From Bacteroidales bacterium (lineage in GTDB: Bacteria; Bacteroidota; Bacteroidia; Bacteroidales; UBA932): a stretch of 64,000 bases of DNA. This document shows positions 18,763 to 28,028 of this stretch, in pieces. The notes under the pieces are model-generated. The model was not told where the DNA came from. It worked only from the letters and a program-made list of their open reading frames with translations, and did no database searches. The position numbers and the translations under genes were made by a program. The number at the start of each line of letters is the position of its first letter. Positions within the stretch are counted from its first letter, which is position 1. Location of the stretch: the NCBI GenBank assembly GCA_017442315.1, contig JAFRZX010000092.1, forward strand, positions 3,276 to 67,275, read 5' to 3'.

Positions 18763-19599
18763 ATGAGAAAACGTCCTATTGTAGCTCTCGTTTATGATTT
18801 CGATGGCACTCTGTCCCCCGGCAATATGCAGGAGTTCGGTTTTATACAGGCAATCGGCAAGAAACCTCAGGAGTTCTGGCAGGAAAGTGATGATATAGCA
18901 TCCGGTCAGGATGCGAGCAATATCCTCAGCTATATGAAGCTTATGTTTGATGAGGCCAGAAAAGCCGGAATCAAGCTTCGTAAAAAGGATTTCAAGCGCT
19001 TCGGAACATCAGTAGAGCTTTTTGACGGTGTGCGTGAGTGGTTCGGCCTTATCAATGCCTACGGAAAAGAAAGAGGAGTAAGAATAGAGCATTATATCAA
19101 TTCTTCTGGTTTGGCGGAGATGATAGAGGGGACGGATATTGCTCATGAATTCAAACGTATATTTGCATGCTCTTTCATATATAATAGGGATGGCGAGGCA
19201 GAGTGGCCAGGAGTGGCAGTCGATTATACCGCCAAGACTCAGTTTCTGTTCAAGATAAACAAGGGTATACTTAGTGTACGGGATAATAAGAAAGTGAACG
19301 AGAGCCAGGCTGAAGATATTAAAAGAATCCCATTCCCACATATGATCTACTTTGGTGATGGTGAAACAGATGTCCCTTGCATGAAGATCGTCAAGATGTT
19401 TGGCGGCAATTCCATAGCTGTCTATAATCCTGAGATAAAGAAAAAGGTCAATGTGGCCAGGAAGCTTCTTCGTCAGGAACGTGTCAATTTCATCACTCCG
19501 GCTGTCTATACGAAGAATAGTCGTACTTATCAGATCGTATGTGCAATTATCGATAAGATAAAGATAGATTTCGAGCTGGCAAAACTTTCTAAGTATTGA
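18763..19599 (+). CDS. HAD-superfamily hydrolase
   Basis: DFDGT motif I, SSG motif II and GDGETD motif IV. Confidence 0.85.
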   Translation: MRKRPIVALVYDFDGTLSPGNMQEFGFIQAIGKKPQEFWQESDDIASGQDASNILSYMKLMFDEARKAGIKLRKKDFKRFGTSVELFDGVREWFGLINAYGKERGVRIEHYINSSGLAEMIEGTDIAHEFKRIFACSFIYNRDGEAEWPGVAVDYTAKTQFLFKINKGILSVRDNKKVNESQAEDIKRIPFPHMIYFGDGETDVPCMKIVKMFGGNSIAVYNPEIKKKVNVARKLLRQERVNFITPAVYTKNSRTYQIVCAIIDKIKIDFELAKLSKY

Positions 19600-19600
19600 C

Positions 19601-19640
19601 AGAAAGAGGCCGGAAGATTTTCCGGCCCCTTGTTTATTTT
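19601..19640. terminator. Hairpin terminator between convergent HAD gene and purT
   Basis: GGCCGGAA-GATTT-TTCCGGCC with A/T-rich flanks. Confidence 0.6.
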
Positions 19641-20818
19641 ATCCTGACTTCCAGGTTGGCATATGCTCTTTCAGCTTTTGCCAGTGCTTCTTCTATGGTT
19701 GCGGCTGTTGCCAGAATCACTCCTACACGTCGATGGCCATTGATTTCCGGTTTCCCGAATATGCGTATCTGGACGCCTGGTTCTTCAAGGACCTTTTCAA
19801 GGTTTCCTAATTCATATTCCTTGGTCGTACCCTCTACAACGATGGCTTTTGATGCAGATGGGCCATAGAAACTGACGGCAGGTACAGGCAATCCTAGAAC
19901 AGCGCGGGCATGAAGACTGAATTCGGACATGTCTTGTGAAATCATCGTTACCATTCCGGTATCATGTGGACGAGGCGACACCTCACTGAAGATGACGTCA
20001 TTGCCCTTGATGAAAAGCTCGACACCGAAAATACCGTATCCGCCAAGAGCATCAGTGATGGCTTTTGCTATTGTTTCAGCCTTTTGTATGGCATCCCCTG
20101 ACATAGGCTGTGGCTGCCATGACTCACGATAGTCTCCATCCACCTGATGATGTCCTATAGGTTTCAGAAAGGTTGTACCAGAGCAGTGACGAACAGTCAG
20201 CAGGGTGATTTCGTAGTCGAAATCAACAAATCCTTCTACAATTACTTTTCCACTTCCAGCACGTCCTCCTTCTTGGGAAACGGTCCAAGCCTTTTCAATA
20301 TCTGCTTCTGACCTGATGGTACTTTGTCCATGCCCGGATGAACTCATAACCGGCTTTACAACGCATGGAATACCTATTTCATTGACCGCGGATATGAATT
20401 CTTCCTTGGTTTGAGCAAACCTGTATGGAGATGTCGGCAGTCCGAGGGTTTCAGCAGCCAGACGTCGTATGCCTTCGCGGTTCATGGTCAGGCGCGTTGC
20501 TTTAGCTGTAGGTATGACATTGAATCCGTCTTCTTCAAGCTTTACCAGTCTGTCAGTCGCGATAGCTTCTATTTCCGGAATGATATAGTCAGGTTTCTCT
20601 TCCCGGATGATCTTTTCGAGTGCATCACCGTCGAGCATGGACAGAACATGACTTCTGTGTGCCACATGCATTGCTGGCGCATTTTCATATTTGTCGAGTG
20701 CTACTACTTCTACTCCATAACGCTGAAGTTCGATAGTAACTTCTTTCCCTAGTTCTCCTGAGCCGCATAGGATGGCTTTTTTCCCTGATGCGGTGAATGT
20801 CGTGCCAATGTTTGCCAT
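19634..20818 (-). CDS. purT: Formate-dependent phosphoribosylglycinamide formyltransferase
   Basis: [20 protein letters not shown] and [13 protein letters not shown] motifs. Confidence 0.97.
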   Translation of the reverse strand: MANIGTTFTASGKKAILCGSGELGKEVTIELQRYGVEVVALDKYENAPAMHVAHRSHVLSMLDGDALEKIIREEKPDYIIPEIEAIATDRLVKLEEDGFNVIPTAKATRLTMNREGIRRLAAETLGLPTSPYRFAQTKEEFISAVNEIGIPCVVKPVMSSSGHGQSTIRSEADIEKAWTVSQEGGRAGSGKVIVEGFVDFDYEITLLTVRHCSGTTFLKPIGHHQVDGDYRESWQPQPMSGDAIQKAETIAKAITDALGGYGIFGVELFIKGNDVIFSEVSPRPHDTGMVTMISQDMSEFSLHARAVLGLPVPAVSFYGPSASKAIVVEGTTKEYELGNLEKVLEEPGVQIRIFGKPEINGHRRVGVILATAATIEEALAKAERAYANLEVRIK

Positions 20819-20830
20819 AAGTCGGTTGGT

Positions 20831-21718
20831 TTATTTGCCGTAGCGTTTGAGTATTGTCTCTCCGTATGCATCTATTCGACGGTCTCTGAAGAAAGGCCAT
20901 CCTCTGCGCACATATTCTGTTCTGTCAAGGTCAATCTCTACAACCCTTACACCTTCTTCGTCATTGCCGAATTCAGTGAGAAGCTCTCCTTGAGGACCTG
21001 TTGCAAATGACCTTCCCCAGAATTTGATGCCCTTTGTATTTCCTGTCGGGTCATCTTCCTGTCCAGTACGGTTTACTGTAACAACGGGCAGACCGTTGGC
21101 AACAGCGTGGCCTCTCTGCACCAGCTGCCATGCGTCACTTTGAACTTTCTGCTCTTCAATCGGATCTGTATATACGCCTCCGATTGCTGTAGGATAAATG
21201 AGTATTTCGGCTCCGTTGAGTGCCATGCATCGTGCTGCCTCCGGATACCACTGGTCCCAGCATACAAGTACTCCCAATGTGCCGACTGATGTCTCGATAG
21301 GTTGGAATCCCATATCTCCAGGTGTGAAATAGAACTTCTCATAATAGCAAGGGTCGTCTGGGATATGCATCTTGCGATACTTGCCCGCTATTTTGCCATC
21401 CTTTTCAATCACTACTGCTGTGTTATGGTATATTCCTGCAGCTCTGCGTTCATACAAAGAAAGTACGAGCACTATGCCCAGTTCTTTTGCCAATGCTCCA
21501 TATGTTTCTGTTGATGGTCCCGGTATAGGTTCTGCCAGATCGCATAGGGCAGCTTCTTCATGTTTGCAGAAATAGACGGAATTGTGCAGTTCCTGGAGAA
21601 CAACAAGCTGCGCACCCATTCTTGCACACTTCCTTATATTTTCTTGTAGTCTTTCAACATTTTCCGAGTAATCATTGCTGCAGCTCTGCTGCACCATTCC
21701 AACTTTCAGTATTCTCAT
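20831..21718 (-). CDS. aguB: N-carbamoylputrescine amidohydrolase (carbon-nitrogen hydrolase)
   Basis: Nitrilase triad motifs LQEL, YRKMHIPDDP..YEKFYF and VCWDQWYPE. Adjacent to agmatine deiminase. Confidence 0.9.
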   Translation of the reverse strand: MRILKVGMVQQSCSNDYSENVERLQENIRKCARMGAQLVVLQELHNSVYFCKHEEAALCDLAEPIPGPSTETYGALAKELGIVLVLSLYERRAAGIYHNTAVVIEKDGKIAGKYRKMHIPDDPCYYEKFYFTPGDMGFQPIETSVGTLGVLVCWDQWYPEAARCMALNGAEILIYPTAIGGVYTDPIEEQKVQSDAWQLVQRGHAVANGLPVVTVNRTGQEDDPTGNTKGIKFWGRSFATGPQGELLTEFGNDEEGVRVVEIDLDRTEYVRRGWPFFRDRRIDAYGETILKRYGK

Positions 21719-21733
21719 ATATGTATGTTTGTG

Positions 21734-22777
21734 TTATCTTATGAAACCATCTGGAAACTGCATCGTAATGCAGTGGAGTGAGCCATGTCCGGAAAGAAGA
21801 GCTCTGCAATCAATAACTATGACCTCTCTGTCTGGGAATGCTTCCTGAAGCCTTTTGCGGGCAGTCTCGTCTGATGCGGAACCTGTACCTGGAAGCAGGA
21901 CAGCTCCGTTGATTATGAGGAAGTTTGCATATGATGCAGGAAGCCTGTAGTCATCGAGATATAATGCTTCAGGGAGAGGCAGTGGGATCAGGTTGTATGG
22001 TTTCCCTTCAATCGTCCTGAACCCTCTCAGCTGTTTCTCCATGGCTGCAAGCGGTTCGTAATGAGGATCTTCAGGATCCGTGCACTGCATGTAGGCAATG
22101 GTATCCTTGGAACAGAATCTTGCCAGGATATCTACATGACTGTCGGTGTCATCACCTATGATAATGCCATTGTCCAGCCATAGTATGCGTTCCAGCCCAA
22201 ATGCTCCGCATAGTTCCTCCTCGATTTCTTCGTGACTGAGATATTCATTACGGTTGACGGAACACAGACATTCAGTTGTAGTGAGCATAGTACCGCAACC
22301 GTCGCTGTCTATGCTGCCTCCCTCCAATACATAAGGACGCATATCTACTCCTATGACATCATCATTGAAGGCTCCCTGGTTGAAAATTGTCTTTGTGATC
22401 TGATTGTCCAGGTCAGAAGCGAATTTCAGCCCCCATCCGTTGAATACGAAATCGTATAGGTATTTCTGCCCTCCGTCTCCGAATACACTGATTCCGCCGT
22501 GGTCTCTTGCCCATGTATCATTGATAGGGGCTTCATAAAACCTTATGGCGTTGATATCCAGTTCAATTCCTTTTCTTGAAGATATTCTTGCTATGTCCTC
22601 CTGGCATTCCTTTATGCTTCTGGTGACAATCATAAGCGGCTCATAGCGAAGAATTGCCTGTGCTATGTCCACATAGCATTCAAGAACCTTTTCCAGTTCA
22701 AACCATTCTGTATCACAATGTGGCCATGTCAGTTGCACTCCACTCTGATGTTCCCATTCTGCCGGCAGTCTGCTCAT
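21734..22777 (-). CDS. aguA: Agmatine deiminase
   Basis: PAEWE, WARDHG, FNGWG, LEGGSI, DDTDSHVD, ASYANF and GSLHCITMQ motifs. Confidence 0.92.
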   Translation of the reverse strand: MSRLPAEWEHQSGVQLTWPHCDTEWFELEKVLECYVDIAQAILRYEPLMIVTRSIKECQEDIARISSRKGIELDINAIRFYEAPINDTWARDHGGISVFGDGGQKYLYDFVFNGWGLKFASDLDNQITKTIFNQGAFNDDVIGVDMRPYVLEGGSIDSDGCGTMLTTTECLCSVNRNEYLSHEEIEEELCGAFGLERILWLDNGIIIGDDTDSHVDILARFCSKDTIAYMQCTDPEDPHYEPLAAMEKQLRGFRTIEGKPYNLIPLPLPEALYLDDYRLPASYANFLIINGAVLLPGTGSASDETARKRLQEAFPDREVIVIDCRALLSGHGSLHCITMQFPDGFIR

Positions 22778-22814
22778 ATTATTCTCTATTTCCTTTTTGT
22801 TGCGCAAATATAGT

Positions 22815-22850
22815 AAAAAAAGAAGACGTCCCAACTGCTGAGACGTCTTC
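22815..22850 (-). terminator. Intrinsic terminator of the ompA paralog
   Basis: GAAGACGTC...GACGTCTTC stem with a U-tract on the minus strand. Confidence 0.75.
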
Positions 22851-22872
22851 CATAATAGTTATCTATATTAAA

Positions 22873-24114
22873 TTACTCGAATGAAACGATTACTGCTCTG
22901 TCAAGGGCAGGAGTCTTGCTGTTGGCAACAACAGTCTTAGTCTGGAAGTTGTCAACGTTGATACCGTACTTCTCGACGAGGATGTTCTTCAGGTAGTCAA
23001 CTCTCTTCTGGCAGAGATACTCGTTGCGTCTTGTAGTACCTGTTCTCTTGTCTGCGCTTCCGGTAATTACTGTAACCTTCTTGCTGTCAACATGAGGAAG
23101 GACATTCTTGAGATAGAAATCAAGGTGAGCAAGTTCCTTGTCGTTGAGCTTGGTCTGGCCGATTTCAAAGTAGAATACAGCTGGCTCGACATTCTCAAGA
23201 GCCGGCTTGTTCCTGAGTGCATTGAGTTCGTCCTCAAGAGCCTTGTTCTTGTCGTTGAGTTTCGCGTTCTTTCCTTCGAGGTCAGACTTGTCTGCTGCAA
23301 GGGCTGCATTGGCTGCTGTGAGGGCTGCTACTGCTGCTTCTGCTGCAGAGATCTTGTCTGTGTCTTCAGGATTGTGGTAGTCAGCTGCACGTGTCCAGTC
23401 TGTCTTGCCAAGGTTTACAGAGAGACCGAGTGTAGTCTGGATAGCTCCAGAAAGACCGCCGTTTGCTGCGTGATGGTTGCCGTTCATGAGGATTCCACGT
23501 ACGTCAAGTGTGAGATCAAGTCTCTTATGCAGACGAAGAACATTGAGGAGACCTGCTCCTACTGCGAGTTCCTTGTCTCCGAAGTCACCGGCACCGATTA
23601 CTGTAGGACGCTCATAAGTAAGCAGAAGACCTGCATGTACATATGGAACGAAATCCCAGAATCTGCTTTCCTTATATCCGCCAAGTGCATTTGAAATGTT
23701 CCACATAGCATCACCATGGATGTATGCAAAACCGAACTTCTGCTTGTACTTGTTTTTCTCAGAATCAAGGGCAGTACCGAGAATAGTCTCTTTCTTTGAC
23801 CATTCAGCTCCAGTAAGGCCAGAGTATCCAACTCTTGCACCGATGCATGGAGTGAACCACTTACCTACATTTACGTCAAGACCACCTCCAAGGGCTGGAG
23901 TATATCCACCGTCGCCGAAGAAGTTGACACCACCGGCTGCCTGGATGAACCAGTTTGCCCATGCTCCGTTTGTAAGATAAGGGTGGCGACGGATCTTACC
24001 GTTTTCGTCCCTGTTTTCTGTTTTTTCTGCTTCCTGCGCGTTGAGCTGAGGAGCAGCAAGCATCGAAACTACAGCAATCGCCATTGCTCCGAAAAATAAC
24101 TTAACTGTTTTCAT
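22873..24114 (-). CDS. OmpA-family outer membrane protein (barrel, coiled coil, OmpA_C)
   Basis: Signal peptide, NWF/GKWFTP barrel motifs, heptad linker, GSADKRTG..RN..L..KR. Confidence 0.88.
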   Translation of the reverse strand: MKTVKLFFGAMAIAVVSMLAAPQLNAQEAEKTENRDENGKIRRHPYLTNGAWANWFIQAAGGVNFFGDGGYTPALGGGLDVNVGKWFTPCIGARVGYSGLTGAEWSKKETILGTALDSEKNKYKQKFGFAYIHGDAMWNISNALGGYKESRFWDFVPYVHAGLLLTYERPTVIGAGDFGDKELAVGAGLLNVLRLHKRLDLTLDVRGILMNGNHHAANGGLSGAIQTTLGLSVNLGKTDWTRAADYHNPEDTDKISAAEAAVAALTAANAALAADKSDLEGKNAKLNDKNKALEDELNALRNKPALENVEPAVFYFEIGQTKLNDKELAHLDFYLKNVLPHVDSKKVTVITGSADKRTGTTRRNEYLCQKRVDYLKNILVEKYGINVDNFQTKTVVANSKTPALDRAVIVSFE

Positions 24115-24271
24115 AATTTATAGAACGTAAATATTAATAATTCTCTAATTCTGAACACTATTCGCTTTTGCTAGCGCATACATAATGACAAAGTTATGTA
24201 TTTTTTTTTAAATGGCCATAAAAATCTGAAAAAAGATGTTAATAATATTGTTGGTCAGCAAATATTATGAA

Positions 24272-24312
24272 GCAAAAGGGCTTGACATCATGCGTTTTGT
24301 CAGCCCTTTTGC
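24272..24312 (-). terminator. Hairpin between the tandem ompA genes
   Basis: Inverted repeat GCAAAAGGGC(T)TGACA...TGTCAGCCCTTTTGC. Confidence 0.6.
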
Positions 24313-24401
24313 CTCGTCTTCCGGAGAGATTCTCTTTGGACGCTTATTTGTCAGAGAATGATCCGGAAGTTTTCAGATTTCGGTATTCTTTCCTGAATGG
24401 A

Positions 24402-25631
24402 TCAGAAGGAAATTACTACTGCTCTGCTGAGAGCCGGATCAGAAGATGCCTTTACGATTTCAGATTTGACTGTCAGCCGTTCAGGAGAGATTCCGTATTT
24501 TTCTGTGAGAATGTCAAAGACATACTTGCCTCGTGCTTCACTGAGGTGTTTGTTGCGTCTTTCGCTTCCAGTGTTGCTGTCGGCTGTTCCGAGTAATGTG
24601 ATGTAAATCTTTGTCTGGTCGTCAGCCTTGTCAATGAGATTCCGAGCCAAGAAGTCCAGATGCTGCATTTCCTTATCACTGAGAGTGGTTTGACCTATGT
24701 TGAAGAATAGTGTTGCCGGGCCCATCTGCTCGAAGAATGCTGTGGCATCCATAGCTGGTTTTCCTTTCAATGCCTTTATTTCCTTCTGCAGGTTGCTGTT
24801 GGTCTGCGATAATGTTTTGTTTTGATTTTCAAGAGCAAGATTTGCCGCTTCAAGTGCGACTATGGCTGTTTCCAATACAGCGGTTTTCTCTTCATTTGCA
24901 AGTTCCAATGCACCTACTATTGTTGAAGTCCTGACGAAGTTCGGCCATCCCAGATCTACTGCCAGACCGGCTGTTACTGATGGCAGAACGGCTATTCCTG
25001 ATGCTCCGTGTGCCCTACCGTTCACAACTGTGGCTCTCATATCTATGATGATGTCGAATCTGTCTGACAGCCTGAGATTATGCAGGAGGCCAGCTCCGGC
25101 AGCAAGTTCGTTATCGGCAAAATCTACTCCATCAAGTCCGTAGGTTCTGAAATAGCCTGCGTGCAGATACGGTACGAAGTTCCAGAATCGGGTTTCTTTG
25201 TATCCGCTTAGTGCATTTGAGATGTTCCAAAGGAAATCACCATGGATATACATATATCCGAACTTTTCCTGATACATTCCTTTGTCTGTGTCCAATGTCG
25301 GTCCGAGAATGTTCGCATCGTATGACCATACTCTTGAGCTGATACCCTGGTACCCCATTCTCATACCTATGGATGGTGTGAACCATTTGCCGATGTTGGC
25401 GTCAATGCTAGGAGCAATGGCCATGTCATAGCCGTCATTCCAGAATGTGTTTATACCTCCGCCAATTCCTATGAACCAGTTGTCTCCGAACCGGTTTGTC
25501 TCATATGGACCACGGACAATCTTTCCATACTCATCCCTGTTTCCGTTCTCTTGTGCGTTGATTGAAGGAGAGGCTGTCAATGAGACAGCAACAAGAGCCG
25601 CAGCTCCTAATAATAAATATAGACGTTTCAT
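24402..25631 (-). CDS. OmpA-family outer membrane protein, paralog of 22873..24114
   Basis: Same architecture: NWFIG, GKWFTP, GYKETRFWNFVPY, GTADSNTG..RN..LS..R, ending RAVVISF. Confidence 0.88.
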   Translation of the reverse strand: MKRLYLLLGAAALVAVSLTASPSINAQENGNRDEYGKIVRGPYETNRFGDNWFIGIGGGINTFWNDGYDMAIAPSIDANIGKWFTPSIGMRMGYQGISSRVWSYDANILGPTLDTDKGMYQEKFGYMYIHGDFLWNISNALSGYKETRFWNFVPYLHAGYFRTYGLDGVDFADNELAAGAGLLHNLRLSDRFDIIIDMRATVVNGRAHGASGIAVLPSVTAGLAVDLGWPNFVRTSTIVGALELANEEKTAVLETAIVALEAANLALENQNKTLSQTNSNLQKEIKALKGKPAMDATAFFEQMGPATLFFNIGQTTLSDKEMQHLDFLARNLIDKADDQTKIYITLLGTADSNTGSERRNKHLSEARGKYVFDILTEKYGISPERLTVKSEIVKASSDPALSRAVVISF

Positions 25632-25719
25632 AACCACTAATGTTTTGATTGTGTTTTGAAACGTCTATACAAATTTGGTGTAAAAACGACAGAAATTTAG
25701 AAAAAAGTGTTAAAAACTT

Positions 25720-27432
25720 TTATTTTTTAATATTTCCCCTATCGTCTTTTTCTTCTTTTTCAAGTGATTCCTCCACTGTAGGAGCAGATTCCTTGTATTT
25801 GAAACGACGGATTTTCTGAGTCGCGGTCTTCTCGAAAGGCTCTTTCATAACCTCGATTGAGCTTACTTGTGAAGCTTTGCTGACATTCTTGTTTGTTATC
25901 TTCAGCAGTTTCTCCTTCCAGTTGTCAAGCTTTTCGTAGATCTTGTCTTCGCTTTCTTTGTCCCATTCGATGAAATTCTCAACAGGCTGGACAAGGGCAA
26001 CCAGACGTCCTTCACGTTCCACTACAATAGATTCGCTTACCCCTTCTACATTGTTTATCACATTTTCAATCTCTTCCGGATAGATGTTTTCTCCGGAAGG
26101 TCCCAGAATCATATTGTTGTTCCTGCCCTTTATGAAGAATCTGCCCTTTTCATCCTGAACGGCAATGTCGCTTGTGCGGAACCATCCGTCTTCGGTAAAT
26201 ACGCTTTTGGTCCTGATAGGATCCTTGTAATATCCGAGCATCACGTTTGGTCCTTTAGCTACAATCTCTCCTTCTCCGGTCTTAGGATCTGGATTATATA
26301 GTTTTAGCTTTACATTATATACCGGATATCCGAATGAACCTACAGTCCTCCATCCGTGCATAGAATAGCCGAGCAGCGGTGAGGTTTCCGTAAGTCCATA
26401 TCCTATCGCGTATGGGAAACCGGCCTTAAGGAGAAAGTTTTCGACCTCAGGATCCAGTTTTGCTCCACCGATTCCATAAAAGGACATGTGTCCGCCGAAA
26501 GTGGCTTTGAGCTTCATGCCGATGATCCTGCACATCAGACCATTCATATGTTCATTCATCCAGGTGAGAGTGCGGCTCTTTTTTATTGTAGGCAGAATGC
26601 TTCCCTTGTAGACCTTTTCTATGATAAGCGGCACAGTAAGCATTGTGGTAGGTTTGACTATCTTAAGTGCCTTCATCAGTAATGATGCAACAGGAGGCTT
26701 TGGAAGATAGTATACGGTTGCTCCACAGTACATCGGATATAGCATGCTGAGTGTCATTTCAAGAGTATGTGCCATTGGGAGGACAGACAGCCATCTGTCC
26801 TTTTCGGTCCTTTTGCACGAGTGGTAGCAGCTTATCACATTTGAAGCCAGGTTTCTATGGCTCAGGACTACGCCTTTGGCGCTTCCTGTAGTACCGGAAG
26901 TGTATATGATGGCTGCGATATCTTCTGGTGATGGATTTGAGGCCCTGCCGTCACATGTGAACTTTTCGTCATCGGCTTTGAGTACTTCAAACGTGTCGAT
27001 GTCGATTACAAGGGTCATCATGTCACGACATTCCTGATTCAGTTTTGATGAAAGTTTCTGCGATACGAAAATTACCTTGCTTTCAGAGTGCTTCAGTATG
27101 TTTGTGACCTCGTTTTCTGAACTGTCGGGGAGAATAGGTATAGCTATCCTCCCGAATGGTACTGCACTGAAAAATGCTACGGACCAGTTTGGCATGCTTT
27201 GGGAAAAGATTGCAACCTTGTCTCCTGCGCCTATGCCATATTGGGTCAGCTTCTTGGACAGGCTGTCACATTTCTGCTTGAATGAGTTGTATGTATAGCC
27301 ACCTTGTTTTGTGTCATACCATTGTGTATACTGGTTCTTTTGATACACGGTTGTGGCGTATTCATACAGCTTGGCGAGAGTATCAATGTACTTCTCCCTC
27401 ATTCTCTGCATACGCTTGTAAAGTTGAATCAT
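25720..27432 (-). CDS. Long-chain fatty acyl-CoA synthetase (second copy)
   Basis: YTSGTTGSAKGVVL, GYGLTE and GENIYPEEIE motifs. Confidence 0.92.
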   Translation of the reverse strand: MIQLYKRMQRMREKYIDTLAKLYEYATTVYQKNQYTQWYDTKQGGYTYNSFKQKCDSLSKKLTQYGIGAGDKVAIFSQSMPNWSVAFFSAVPFGRIAIPILPDSSENEVTNILKHSESKVIFVSQKLSSKLNQECRDMMTLVIDIDTFEVLKADDEKFTCDGRASNPSPEDIAAIIYTSGTTGSAKGVVLSHRNLASNVISCYHSCKRTEKDRWLSVLPMAHTLEMTLSMLYPMYCGATVYYLPKPPVASLLMKALKIVKPTTMLTVPLIIEKVYKGSILPTIKKSRTLTWMNEHMNGLMCRIIGMKLKATFGGHMSFYGIGGAKLDPEVENFLLKAGFPYAIGYGLTETSPLLGYSMHGWRTVGSFGYPVYNVKLKLYNPDPKTGEGEIVAKGPNVMLGYYKDPIRTKSVFTEDGWFRTSDIAVQDEKGRFFIKGRNNNMILGPSGENIYPEEIENVINNVEGVSESIVVEREGRLVALVQPVENFIEWDKESEDKIYEKLDNWKEKLLKITNKNVSKASQVSSIEVMKEPFEKTATQKIRRFKYKESAPTVEESLEKEEKDDRGNIKK

Positions 27433-27471
27433 GATTGATTGATGTTAATATGATTTATAAAGTGTGACATA

Positions 27472-28023
27472 TTATCTTGTCACATATCTTTCAGGATGCT
27501 TTCCGACAAGCTTCATGTCTTCGTACAAGGCCTGAATGCGTGCCATATCTGCTTTAGGATCGTCTGTGAGTTCTATCTTATGACCACGGCTGACACGTTT
27601 TGTCCCCCAGTCGAAGTATCCCATATATACAGGACATCCCACTTCTCTTGCTATAGTGTGGAATCCTGTCTTCCAGCGTTTCACAGGTTGTCTTGTCCCT
27701 TCAGGTGCAAGTGCCAGATGCACTATCTTCTTTTCTTTCATTTCCTTGATGACGCTGAGAGCGACGTTGCTGCCCTTGCTCCTGTTTACTGGAATTCCTC
27801 CCATTTTGCGCAGGAGCCATCCTAGGGGCCCCCAGAACATTTCTCCTTTGATCATGCAATATGGCTTACCTCCTACAGATACATAATAAAGATAAGAAAT
27901 GACAAAATCCCATATTGAAGTGTGGGGCACTCCAAGGATTATGCATTTGTCTTCTGGGGCTACCGGGTCAACAGCTGTCCAACCCAATGTGCGGAGCAGC
28001 CATCCGCAGAATTTTCTCCACAT
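27472..28023 (-). CDS. 1-acyl-sn-glycerol-3-phosphate acyltransferase-like (PlsC family)
   Basis: PHTSIWD (HxxxxD), APEGTR and KTGF motifs. Confidence 0.85.
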   Translation of the reverse strand: MWRKFCGWLLRTLGWTAVDPVAPEDKCIILGVPHTSIWDFVISYLYYVSVGGKPYCMIKGEMFWGPLGWLLRKMGGIPVNRSKGSNVALSVIKEMKEKKIVHLALAPEGTRQPVKRWKTGFHTIAREVGCPVYMGYFDWGTKRVSRGHKIELTDDPKADMARIQALYEDMKLVGKHPERYVTR

Positions 28024-28028
28024 AATCG

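Noticed and set aside
23092-23694. 200-aa plus-strand ORF
   Set aside because: Mirror frame of the codon-biased ompA gene.
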